From: a virus
Reading direction: 5' to 3' (one strand)
Length of the DNA: 64,000 nt
Virus record (IMG/VR): IMGVR_UViG_2930960728_000001
In this document: positions 46,914-56,045 of the stretch, in pieces
How the letters are laid out: each line of letters begins with the position of its first letter
Position numbering within the stretch: the stretch's first letter is position 1
Position numbers and translations under genes: made by a program
The notes under the pieces: generated by a model
Databases searched by the model: none
The model's input: the letters and a program-made list of their open reading frames with translations, nothing else
Told to the model about the DNA's origin: nothing

Positions 46914-47712
46914 AACGGATATTAAATTATCCCGGCAGTAAGTGGTCCATGGCAGATTTTATTATCAACATGATGCCGCCACATACAACCTACGTAGAAC
47001 CTTACTTTGGTTCTGGGCCGTGTTTTTCAACAAGCCCCAGTCTAAGGTAGAGACAATCAACGACTTGGACAGCCGCGTTATTAATTTTTTTAAAGTTTGC
47101 CGCGATCAGCCAAATGAGTTGGTTCAGGCAATCGAATTAACCCCGCTGTCGCGTGAGGAACACGAGATGGCTTACATGCCTTCTGCGGATCCCGTGGAAG
47201 ATGCGCGACGCTTCATGGTAAGAAGCTGGCAAGCAATTGGCGGCAAGACGAGTGATCGTACCGGGTGGCGCTCAAATATTGACAAGGTGGGCGGAAAGAT
47301 TGGTGAGTGGAACCATCTTGACGGCCGAATCATGGCAGTGGCGGCACGCCTTAAGGATGCTCAGATTGAACACCAACCGGCCCTACAAATCCTTGACCGT
47401 TACAATCGACCGGGAGTTCTCGCGTATGTGGACCCGCCATACTTGCTGAGTACGCGAACCAAGCGTCACTACGCTGTAGAGATGACGGATGCCGACCACG
47501 AAGCGCTGCTGGACACGCTAGTGGGATTCAAGGGCAAGGTTATCCTTAGCGGATATCCGAGCAGCATGTACGATAGCTACTTAATTGGGTGGCGCAAGCG
47601 CTACTTTGAGGCACATGCCGAGGCGGGGCAAAAGCGGCAAGAAGTCATATGGTGCAATTTTGAGCCTGCTGGGTCCATTGATTTATTGGAGGCGGCTAAT
47701 GAAATTCATTGA
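46910..47712 (+). CDS. DNA adenine methyltransferase, Dam/D12 class (frameshift near 47015, probably a sequencing error)
   Basis: LNYPGSKW, YVEPYFGSG(A)VFF, INDLD and YVDPPY motifs. Confidence 0.88.
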
Positions 47713-47818
47713 TCTATTTGCTGGAATTAGTAGCAGCCAGCTATACAAGCAGGCGGAAAATAGTGTCACCGTTCCTGTAATTAGGGCTATAGCAGAAAAA
47801 ATGGAGGTAATCAAATGA
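47699..47818 (+). pseudogene. Internally deleted C5-cytosine methyltransferase remnant (39 aa)
   Basis: MKFIDLFAGI (motif I) fused directly to SSSQLYKQAENSVTVPVIRAIA (motif X); GGAGG RBS. Confidence 0.8.
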
Positions 47819-48012
47819 TGATGGAAAATAAAATGGCACTTGAAATTCACTCCCGACGTGATGATGTAAGGGTGGATATCATGGCCCTCCGGCCGCTTAC
47901 CAAAAAGGAATTAGCGGCGGTAGCTGAATTACTTGGACCGCATTTTACCCCAAGCCAAGGGGAGACTATTCATCAACACGTGAATGGAACGAAGAAGGCA
48001 TATTATGGCTAA
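47815..48012 (+). CDS. Small hypothetical protein
   Basis: GGAGG RBS, 65 aa. Confidence 0.5.
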   Translation: MMMENKMALEIHSRRDDVRVDIMALRPLTKKELAAVAELLGPHFTPSQGETIHQHVNGTKKAYYG

Positions 48013-48280
48013 AGTTCAAGAATTGAAAATTGCCCCAGAATTCATGGAAGCACAGCTTAATGGACTAAAGAATTTCGAAATCCGGAAGAACGATCGTAAC
48101 TTTGAGGTTAACGATATGCTGTGGCTTCGAGAGTGGTCTAATGGCGAGTATACAGGAAGAAGCGCATCGGTCTCAGTTACTTTCATTACTGATTATAAGC
48201 AGAGACCGGGATATGTGGTATTGTCTACACGGCCGGTTCAACTTGATACTAAAAAGATAGTTGGCAAGCCAATTTATTAG
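48005..48280 (+). CDS. DUF3850 / ASCH-like protein
   Basis: ELKIAPEF...GLKNFEIRKNDRNFEVND.L.LREW and TFITDYKQRPGYVVLS motifs. Confidence 0.82.
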   Translation: MAKVQELKIAPEFMEAQLNGLKNFEIRKNDRNFEVNDMLWLREWSNGEYTGRSASVSVTFITDYKQRPGYVVLSTRPVQLDTKKIVGKPIY

Positions 48281-48313
48281 TTAAAATTCTTATTTTATGT
48301 AGGAGATGGAGAA

Positions 48314-48556
48314 ATGTTTTATACGATTGGTTACGTGTTTGCTGGTATTTTAGTGCTTGCTGTTGCTTGTTTGGCGATTGGTTATGTATCAGATAGCATT
48401 CGAGAAACTCGCTTAAATAAGCAGTATTTACCGGACATTGACAAGAACGCCAATATTAAGATTTCCATTGATGGTGGAGATCAAAAATATTATCGAGTGG
48501 ACGATTTAGTTACTTGCCTTAATGATGAGGGAGAACTAAAAATCAGCGATTCGTAA
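48314..48556 (+). CDS. Small membrane protein
   Basis: N-terminal TM; AGGAG RBS. Confidence 0.55.
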   Translation: MFYTIGYVFAGILVLAVACLAIGYVSDSIRETRLNKQYLPDIDKNANIKISIDGGDQKYYRVDDLVTCLNDEGELKISDS

Positions 48557-48644
48557 AGATATTAGAGTTACACGAGTTAACCGAGGCCGAAATTTCGGAT
48601 GAATTGTTGAAATAAAACTTTTAATTTATGTAGGAGGGAAAATC

Positions 48645-49216
48645 ATGATTGATATGCGAATCGCTGAGTATCACATCACGAGCGAACCACGTAATGTCAT
48701 CGTTAGTATCGCGAAGCTAAATGGTGATGGAACACCCGATGTACGTAAAACAAAGAACGGAGTTGTCCTCAACGAAACGGTCATGGGTTACTACCCTAGT
48801 CTTACAAGTGCGTTCATCAGTATCGCGGATCGCATGACTAGAGTAGGTGATGACATGGTGACGACTATTTCAGAATATGAGGCGCAGGCTAGGGGATTGA
48901 GATGATGCTTGGCATTGCCGCTCATAAGTATGGTCAACAGATTCAAGACAGATTGGAGGATAACCGTATGAATGATGAAAACGGGCAAACCGGTGGAGCA
49001 ACTGCCAAATGGCGGAACGTTGGAAACGTTATTATCAACACTAATAACATCACTACGATTAGGCGAGTCGGCAAAGCGAGCAGCACGGAGATTAAGCTGA
49101 CTAACGGGATGTGCTTGACATTCCAGTTGATTTTAAGGAGTTCATTAAGGCAATTGAGTCTTAGACAGCAAAAAAGCGCAGCCATAAGCCGCGCTACGAT
49201 TAGTCCCAACAACTAA
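48645..49216 (+). CDS. One or two hypothetical proteins (ORFs 48645..48905 and 48902..49216; boundary uncertain, possible frameshift)
   Basis: AGGAGG RBS at 48645; MGYYPSL pattern; G run at the junction. Confidence 0.4.
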
Positions 49217-49241
49217 TTATAGCATAGGCAGGGTGGCTGTG

Positions 49242-49715
49242 ATGGAAAGCATTTTTAAAAACGTAGATGAGGATAAGACAATCGATAACGCAAAACGGGT
49301 GCTGGGAGAATACCGACGATGGAAGTTAAAGGCCCGCCGTGTCAGTTTCAGCCTTCAGTCGCCTACATACGACGGCATGCCGAAGTCACCAAATTACGAA
49401 AACACAGCGGATGCCAAGCATGTTAACCGGCTTAATGCCCAGTTCATGTACACGTTGGTCGAGAAGGTGATTGATGCCGCTGGTGAGATTGACGACAGTA
49501 CGGCCGTTTACAGCAAGATTCTACTGTACAAGTACATTTATGGATGGACGAATGTCAAGTGTGCCCAGCGACTCGACAGCATGACAGAACGGACGTTTGA
49601 CCGGTATCTGCGGGAAGCATTGTTGACGTTCGCAGAGATTTACCCAGATGCGGTCGAAGACCTGATCGCGAAGAAGTACAAGCCGGACCAACACGTTAAT
49701 TTTAGTTTCGAATAA
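49242..49715 (+). CDS. arpU: ArpU/RinA-like late transcriptional activator
   Basis: KTIDNAKRVLGEYR, LQSPTYDGMPKS and ERTFDRYLREALLTFAE motifs; last gene of the early region. Confidence 0.85.
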   Translation: MESIFKNVDEDKTIDNAKRVLGEYRRWKLKARRVSFSLQSPTYDGMPKSPNYENTADAKHVNRLNAQFMYTLVEKVIDAAGEIDDSTAVYSKILLYKYIYGWTNVKCAQRLDSMTERTFDRYLREALLTFAEIYPDAVEDLIAKKYKPDQHVNFSFE

Positions 49716-49720
49716 AAAAG

Positions 49721-49759
49721 TTGGCGAGGTATTGGCGTTAAATTGGCGATACATTGGCG
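49721..49759 (+). promoter_or_regulatory. Four TTGGCG direct repeats with 11-bp period (putative activator site of the late promoter)
   Basis: TTGGCG at 49721, 49732, 49743 and 49754, right after arpU. Confidence 0.7.
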
Positions 49760-49831
49760 TTCAAAGCACGTTTTAGGGGTGTAAATTGGTATTATCGAAT
49801 GATGTGGGGAGCCACCCCGTTCCTGCGTCAC

Positions 49832-49906
49832 GTTGCTGTAGGCAAATGGTTAAGCCGCCTGATGGTCCGCCACCAGGAGATGCGGGTTCAATTCCCGTCA
49901 GCGACA
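49832..49906 (+). tRNA. tRNA-like element with an abnormal anticodon arm (pseudo)
   Basis: GTTGCTG/CAGCGAC acceptor, GGC...GGTTAAGCC D arm, GCGGG-TTCAATT-CCCGT T arm; anticodon arm CCTG-ATGGTCCGCCAC-CAGG. Confidence 0.55.
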
Positions 49907-50011
49907 TTGGCGAGCATTACAAAATGGGAGGCGACTCCCCTTCATTTAAGCGCATGTTCTAGCTCGCCAAACTCCTTCATAAAATTGACCGGCCTGCATA
50001 ACCGGTCTTTT

Positions 50012-50085
50012 GGACCTTTAACTCAGTTGGTTAGAGTAGACGGCTCATAACCGTTCGGTCGTAGGTTCGAATCCTACAAGGTCCA
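50012..50085 (+). tRNA. tRNA-Ile2/Met (CAT)
   Basis: Intact cloverleaf GGACCTT/AAGGTCC, ACTC/GAGT, GACGG-CT CAT AA-CCGTT, GTAGG-TTCGAAT-CCTAC; body resembles Firmicutes Ile2 tRNA. Confidence 0.9.
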
Positions 50086-50091
50086 TTAAGT

Positions 50092-50206
50092 CGCTATAGC
50101 TCAGAGGATTGGTAGCTGCCCTGTGTTGATCAGCAGGTTGGTCCAGTTAGGTTAGAGCGCCCACCTGAGACGTGGGAGGTCACCGGTTCGAATCCGGTTA
50201 GGGCGT
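50092..50206 (+). tRNA. tRNA-like element, GAG anticodon, with a 5' insertion (pseudo)
   Basis: CCCAC-CT GAG AC-GTGGG, short AGGTC variable loop, ACCGG-TTCGAAT-CCGGT, TAGGGCG acceptor 3' side; ambiguous 5' acceptor strand. Confidence 0.5.
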
Positions 50207-50269
50207 TGGACGCAAATAAACCTAAGGAGATGAGCTCTCCCGTTCATCCAAGGCTATAGCGTCCATATT

Positions 50270-50345
50270 GTGATTGTAACTGGCGTTGGCCTGCCAGAAG
50301 AGGCGGTTTGACTTCCGTGTGTGGTTCGATTCCACACCAATCACA
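50270..50345 (+). tRNA. tRNA-like element (pseudo)
   Basis: GTGATTG/CAATCAC acceptor, GTGTGG-TTCGATT-CCACAC T arm, irregular D and anticodon arms. Confidence 0.5.
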
Positions 50346-50437
50346 TTGGCCCAAAACAAATCTTGCTTAACATTGGGTCATACAAACTAATCTGAAAAGA
50401 GGTGAAAACTTCTCTCAGTTAGTTTGAAATTAGTCTG

Positions 50438-50469
50438 AGGAGCCGTCTGTGGTAGAGCGGCTCCTTTTT
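50438..50469 (+). terminator. Terminator closing the tRNA array
   Basis: AGGAGCCG...CGGCTCCT followed by TTTT. Confidence 0.78.
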
Positions 50470-50577
50470 CGTATAAAAGTGTCATTCTAATTTTCAAGAT
50501 TAATACTTCCATTTTTAAAGGATCAATTTATTCTGATATACTTAGGTAAATTTCATTTTTTAATTGGAGGTATAAAG

Positions 50578-51651
50578 GTGTCAATATATTATTCGGGTAT
50601 TTATGGGGGCTGGTGTCCACTAATAGCATTGGGGCATTAATGAGCCAGGTGCAGTTATCATTAAGAAAAATATTTTTGGAAAAAAAGTGCAAAAAAATTT
50701 TTTTATCCTTTGGGGAATTATTGCTGAATCTTTGGATGGTTGGGACTCAGAGTTAAATGTTTTAAAAAACAGGTTACATATGGAACAGCCTTTTGACTTC
50801 TATGTACTTTTTAATTCTTTGCCGAATAAAATTGTTATTGCGTTTTCATCACAAAAAGCAACACGAGGAAATTGTAATCTTCTATTTGATGAAGCTGTCC
50901 TGTCTAGCGAAGTGGATACCATACTAAAAAAACGTGCAAAGATTTTATCTGGTATTGAATATTCGAAGTGGATATCTATACCAGTGGAGTTTGTTAAGGA
51001 ATTTTCAGCAGAATTAGATGAAAAATTAGGTGTCAATCAAGATATAGATACTACTGCTGATTTAAGGAAATTAGGAGAAAGTATTTGGCATAAGACTTTG
51101 CAATTAAATCATAGCCAAGATAAAAACATTTTTAAGTTTAAGAAAGAAGAGGTGGAGACTATGGATTTTAATCCGATCTTTAAAGCACGTAATTTGACAG
51201 TTGATAATAAATTAGCATTTGGAATTCTACAGTTTGATTCAAAAAGATCAGCATTCTTTGACGATTTAATTAAACCAGTGATTGAAAAGGAATTTCAAAT
51301 TAACGTAGTGAAATCCGGTGATATGTTTGATGCTAATAATTCCAACATCATGGAAAATATTTGGACTAGTATCAATACTTCTAAGTTTATTATTTGCGAT
51401 CTGAGTGGGAAAAATCCTAATGTTTTTTATGAATTGGGGATTGCTAATACAATTGGTAAACCGGTTATAACGATCTGTGATGAAGATTCGTTTAAGAAAG
51501 ACTATGACGGTAAGCTACCCTTTGATGTATCTACCACGAATACTATTTTTTATAGTGACACAGCAGTTGGGCTAAGAAGTTTGAATCTAAACTAAAAGCG
51601 ACCGTAAAGTCGATTATTACTGGTCAACCGATATCTGGTAATTTTTATTAA
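50578..51651 (+). CDS. Moron with C-terminal nucleoside 2-deoxyribosyltransferase/TIR-like domain (ORF 50687..51595; probable homopolymer frameshifts at both ends)
   Basis: IMENIWTSINTSKFIICDLSGKNPNVFYELGIANTIGKPVITI...LPFDV motif; GGAGG RBS before GTG 50578; one added G near 51570 extends it to ...PISGNFY* at 51651. Confidence 0.7.
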
Positions 51652-51708
51652 ATACAATCAACGTCCTTCGGGCGTTTTTATTTTGCCCAAAATTAGGAGG
51701 TGGCCGGC

Positions 51709-51885
51709 ATGGCCCAGATGGTAAATACAAAATTTGGCCTTGTCAGCCGCACAGAGGCACGTTGTTTGGGCGAGTTAGAGCGACAGCTTAAAGATGGACG
51801 GTGGCAGCGTAAAAAGCCACAGCAGCCACGTAAACCACGTATTACGGTGTGGAGAAAAAATAGAGTAACGAGCGTGAAAAAATAA
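51709..51885 (+). CDS. Repeat copy of the small basic protein (82..258)
   Basis: Identical translation. Confidence 0.55.
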   Translation: MAQMVNTKFGLVSRTEARCLGELERQLKDGRWQRKKPQQPRKPRITVWRKNRVTSVKK

Positions 51886-51922
51886 AAGAAGACCAGATTT
51901 TGGTCTTCTTAAAAATGATAAT

Positions 51923-52138
51923 TTATTTATCGTCTTTATCTAACTTTTCCTTTACGTCATCAACCGTATCTTTAACAGCATCTTTGGCATCTGACAGTTT
52001 ATCTTTAGCCTTACCTAGAATACCTTGACCCTTACCTTCAGCTTCACGGGCCTTGTCGTTCGTAACCTTGCCTTCAACTTCTTTAGCTTTTCCACTTACC
52101 TTATCTTTGGTGCTATCAATCTTGTCATCTAGACTCAT
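51923..52138 (-). CDS. csbD: Repeat copy of csbD
   Basis: Identical translation to 296..511. Confidence 0.8.
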   Translation of the reverse strand: MSLDDKIDSTKDKVSGKAKEVEGKVTNDKAREAEGKGQGILGKAKDKLSDAKDAVKDTVDDVKEKLDKDDK

Positions 52139-52624
52139 AATATAACCTCCCATAATGTATTTGTTACAACAGTATTATTCCACATTTTAATTTGCTTGTC
52201 TAATAAGGAGATCCTGCAAGAGATAGTGTAAATGACACTTATAAATTTAAATTTTCAGATTTTGAATCAAGCATCACTCGCAAAATAGTGGTGCTTTTTC
52301 TGTAGGTGAAATCACAAAAGCAAAGGATGAGAGCAATGAACATCACAGTTAAGCTTAGTCCAGAAAACGTAGCTCAATTTTCATGGCTTATTCGTATAGC
52401 CAAGAAATAGAGTATGAAGGTTCTTACTGTTACGTCACAGGGATGGAAAGGAATGTCCATGGTGATTTTTATGCCCAACTAAGTCCGACGCCAACAAATG
52501 AACTGACCGAAAAACAACGGAAAAATTTGTTTGCTGAAAAGTTTATTCGGACACGTTGGTTGATTAGTCTCGGTATTTAGCAGCAATTACAAAACAACAC
52601 GGATGTGGGAGGTGGTGAGCACGG

Positions 52625-53377
52625 TTGTCAAGACGAAGAAATCCAGACCGGGACAAGGCTAAATCGATTTGGCTGGAATCCGGAAAACAGGAGCCGCTTA
52701 AAGATATTGCCGCAGAGCTGGGTGTGTCCGCTTCGACGGTCCGTAAGTGGAAATCGACGGACCATTGGGACGAGAACGCGAAAAGGAGCGCTCCGATTCA
52801 AACGGAGCGTTACGATTCACTCCACGAGAATCATAATGCAGTTGGTAACCATGGTGGGGCGCCGCCGCACAATCATAATGCGGTCACTCATGGCCTGTTC
52901 GCTAAGTGGCTTCCTGATGAAACCAGCGATATTCTGCAGGTTGTGGAGCAACAATCGCCGGCAGATATTATCTGGCAAAACATCACGCTGCAGTACACGG
53001 CAATTATCAGGGCACAGCAAATTATGTTTGTGCAGGATCAGTCTGATATGAGTAATGAAGTGTCTAGCATTGGAAAGGTTGAGTCCTATGATGTGCAGTA
53101 TGCGTGGGACAAACAGGCCACCTTTATGGCGGCACAGTCTCGGGCAATGGGGACGCTAGGGAACTTGATTAAGCAGTTCGTAGCAATTGCTGATGAAAAT
53201 GATATCCGGCGCAAGCGTATCACGTTGATGGAGGCCCAAGTTGACAAGGCTAAAGCAGAAGTTGCTCAGCTTAAGCGTGATAGCGACCGTGATAACCTGC
53301 CGCTACCGACATTCGTTGATGACGTACCAGAAGATGATGAAGAGATTGGAGGAGATGCCGATGGTAACGACAGCTAA
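52625..53377 (+). CDS. terS: Repeat copy of the terminase small subunit (intact)
   Basis: Identical 250-aa translation. Confidence 0.85.
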   Translation: MSRRRNPDRDKAKSIWLESGKQEPLKDIAAELGVSASTVRKWKSTDHWDENAKRSAPIQTERYDSLHENHNAVGNHGGAPPHNHNAVTHGLFAKWLPDETSDILQVVEQQSPADIIWQNITLQYTAIIRAQQIMFVQDQSDMSNEVSSIGKVESYDVQYAWDKQATFMAAQSRAMGTLGNLIKQFVAIADENDIRRKRITLMEAQVDKAKAEVAQLKRDSDRDNLPLPTFVDDVPEDDEEIGGDADGNDS

Positions 53378-54689
53378 GCGACCGAAGATAAAGATTAAGT
53401 ACCTGATTGGTCATGGCTACAATGAGTTTTGGCGTGACCGACACTTTTTTCGCGTAGTCAAGGGTTCCCGTGGATCTAAGAAGTCTCGGACGACTGCACT
53501 GAACTTCATCTACCGAATTATGAAGTATCCTTGGTCTAACCTACTGGTGGTCCGCCGGTACTCCAACACCAATCATGATTCGACGTACACGGTGCTTAAA
53601 TGGGCGATTAACCGACTTGGGGTTAGTCGCCTTTTCAAATGCAACGAAGGAAAACCGGAGATTACTTACCTACCCACCGGTCAGAAGATTATTTTCCGAG
53701 GGTTGGATGATCCCTTGAAGGTCACCTCAGTTGACGTGGATACGGGAATTCTTAGCTGGGCTTGGTTTGAAGAAGCCTACGAGATAGAGAACAGTGATAA
53801 GTTTGAAACCGTTGTTGAATCTATTCGTGGGAGTTTAGATGATCCCTATGCTGAGCACCAGTACGTTCCGGCTGACGAATTAATCAAGCGGGAGAAGTGG
53901 AAGAAGGAGTTCTTCAAGCAAATCACGCTAACCTTTAACCCTTGGTCGGAACGGCATTGGTTGAAACCAATGTTTTTTGACCCGGAGACACGTAAGCCAG
54001 ATGTTTTTGCTCGAACGACTACCTTTAGGGTCAACGAGTGGCTTGATAAGCAAGACAGGCAAAGATACCTAGACTTGTATCGAACTAACCCAGACGGGCT
54101 CAGATTGTCTGTGACGGCAACTGGGGAGTTGCTGAAGGCTGGTATTTGAGAACTGGGTTGTTGAGGACTTTGATGTCAACAAAGTAGTGGCTGAGTCGGA
54201 TGGCGTGGGTCACGGATGGACTTTGGTTCACTCATGACCCACGACCTTTGCTGAAGCTGCTATTAATCGCGAGACCAAGGATATCTGGATTTTTAAAGAG
54301 TTGTATCAGAAAGCTATGACGACACAGGATATCTTCGATTGGTTGGACGATAACCACTACTTAAAGTCCGATATTGGGCGATTGTGCTGAACCTCGATTG
54401 ATTGATGAGTTACAGGCTAAAGGCGTGCGGCGTATGCATGCGTCGATTAAAGGCCCTGATTCAATCGACTATGGATCAACTTCTTGCAGGCTATCGAATC
54501 CATATCCTGCCTAGTTGTGTGCACGCCATCGAGGAATTTAACACCTACGTCTTCGATCGTGATAAGGACGGAAACTGGCTGAATAAGCCGGTTGACGCCA
54601 ATAATCACTTTATTGACGCGTTACGTTACGGATTAGAAAAGTACATCATTCAATACGAATCACTAGAGAAGCGCTTCGGCGTTGTATAA
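53361..54689 (+). pseudogene. terL: Repeat copy of terL, frameshifted by probable sequencing deletions
   Basis: Matches 1737..3074 apart from single-base losses. Confidence 0.8.
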
Positions 54690-54705
54690 GCAAGGAGGTG
54701 AGTGA

Positions 54706-56043
54706 ATGAGCAAAGATATTGTCGGCTAGATGGTAACCCGTTGATCATGGACTTTATGCAGACCAAGCAGGCACCAACGGCAGGAACACGACACCCAGAC
54801 CCTTCCGCATGCAGCGACCGGGATGGGACACCATTTGGAAGAATACGAGTTGGAGCAACTGTATCGGGGAATTCGATGGCCCGAAACATTGTGGACATTC
54901 CGCTGAGGATATGACCGTAATGGCTGGCATATCAAGATGGACGATAATACCCTAGCAGCTAAGTATGAGGCGCGATTAAATGAACTGAATGCTCAGAAGC
55001 GATTCAAGGACCTTTACCGATACTCACGGCTTTACGAGCGGGGTACATTGCTATCAGTACGACCGAGAGCTGGAATTATGGTCTTGAGGACCCTTTGAAC
55101 CGGACAGACTGTTGCGAATCCCATTTCTTACGGCATTTAGCTCTAAGAAGGTCAACGAGACCAAGTTCGATGATGACGTCTTCTCACCAACTTACGGTCA
55201 AGCTCTAAGTTATCAGATCAACAACGGAACCGCTGACGTGCAAGGTCAAATTATTATGGGGTACAGCAGGTAGATAAGTCACGTTTGCTTCGCCAACAAG
55301 AACTGCGGTTCGAAGATGAAACGGAAGGTGTCTCGCTATTGGAGACCATTTACGACATCTTAATGACGATGGATACAGGCTCTACTCGGTCGGTGAGATT
55401 CTTTACGACTACGTTTTCAAAGTCTTCAAGTCCCATCGGTTGACGACACGAGTCCGACAAGCTGTTGCAGGTTGGGCGGCAGCTTCGTCCAAGTTTAGAA
55501 CTGAGTCCACCGCGTTGATTAGTGACAAGGACGAATTGACCAAAGAATCAACCAACGTCGGCGGCATTGACAGCCTACTTGATTTCTTGTGGGAATACCT
55601 TAGCGGCGCTGCCCGCATGCCTAAGTCGGTTCTTAAAGGCAAGAGGCCGGGACACTGACTGGGCACAGTATGATGTGATGAACTACTATAGCCGCATTGC
55701 TTCGGACAAGAGAACAAGATGAGACCCAGCTGGAATACTACTCAAATTGCTCATGCGGGCAAGTGATGAGTGTGGCGGCCCGCTGGACCCGACACAGTTA
55801 ACTGGTCCATCGAATTTAACCCGCTGTGGTCGGTTGATTCGCAAACCGATTCGCAGATTCGCTTAGCAAACGCTCAGGCCGACCAGATTTACATCCAGAA
55901 TGGCGTGCAAGGCCAATGAGGTCCGAGAGGCGCGCTTTGGTCAGGTGGCATGGACCAGACGGCTCAGTTGACATGGACAGTATGAGTGATGACGAGCGCC
56001 GGCGGTAGTTGAAGCTTATCGCAAAGAACATGGCGGTGATTAG
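54706..56043 (+). pseudogene. Repeat copy of the portal, frameshifted
   Basis: Matches 3091..4452 with many single-base losses. Confidence 0.8.
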
Positions 56044-56045
56044 TC

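Larger units (their letters stand above)
1..51628 (+). mobile_element. Complete temperate phage genome (circular unit), contractile-tail type, lactobacillus host
   Basis: Packaging, head, tail, lysis, integration, immunity, replication and late-control modules are all present in canonical order. The sequence restarts at 51629 (cgatatctggtaat...), and an attP-like region lies next to the integrase. Confidence 0.93.

Noticed and set aside
43860-47030. Inactivated recT, initiator and dam genes implying a defective phage
   Set aside because: Each break is a single-base loss in a homopolymer run and is repaired by one insertion, so it cannot be called biological without read support.
49721-49759. 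CRISPR-like or iteron repeats
   Set aside because: The repeats are 6 bp with 5-bp spacers and there are no cas genes. Position after arpU fits an activator site. I saw no CRISPR array anywhere in the window.
49790-50470. Definite GOLLD or ROOL RNA call
   Set aside because: The context is suggestive, but I cannot run covariance models, and the region parses largely as tRNA-derived units. Left as a test in the findings.
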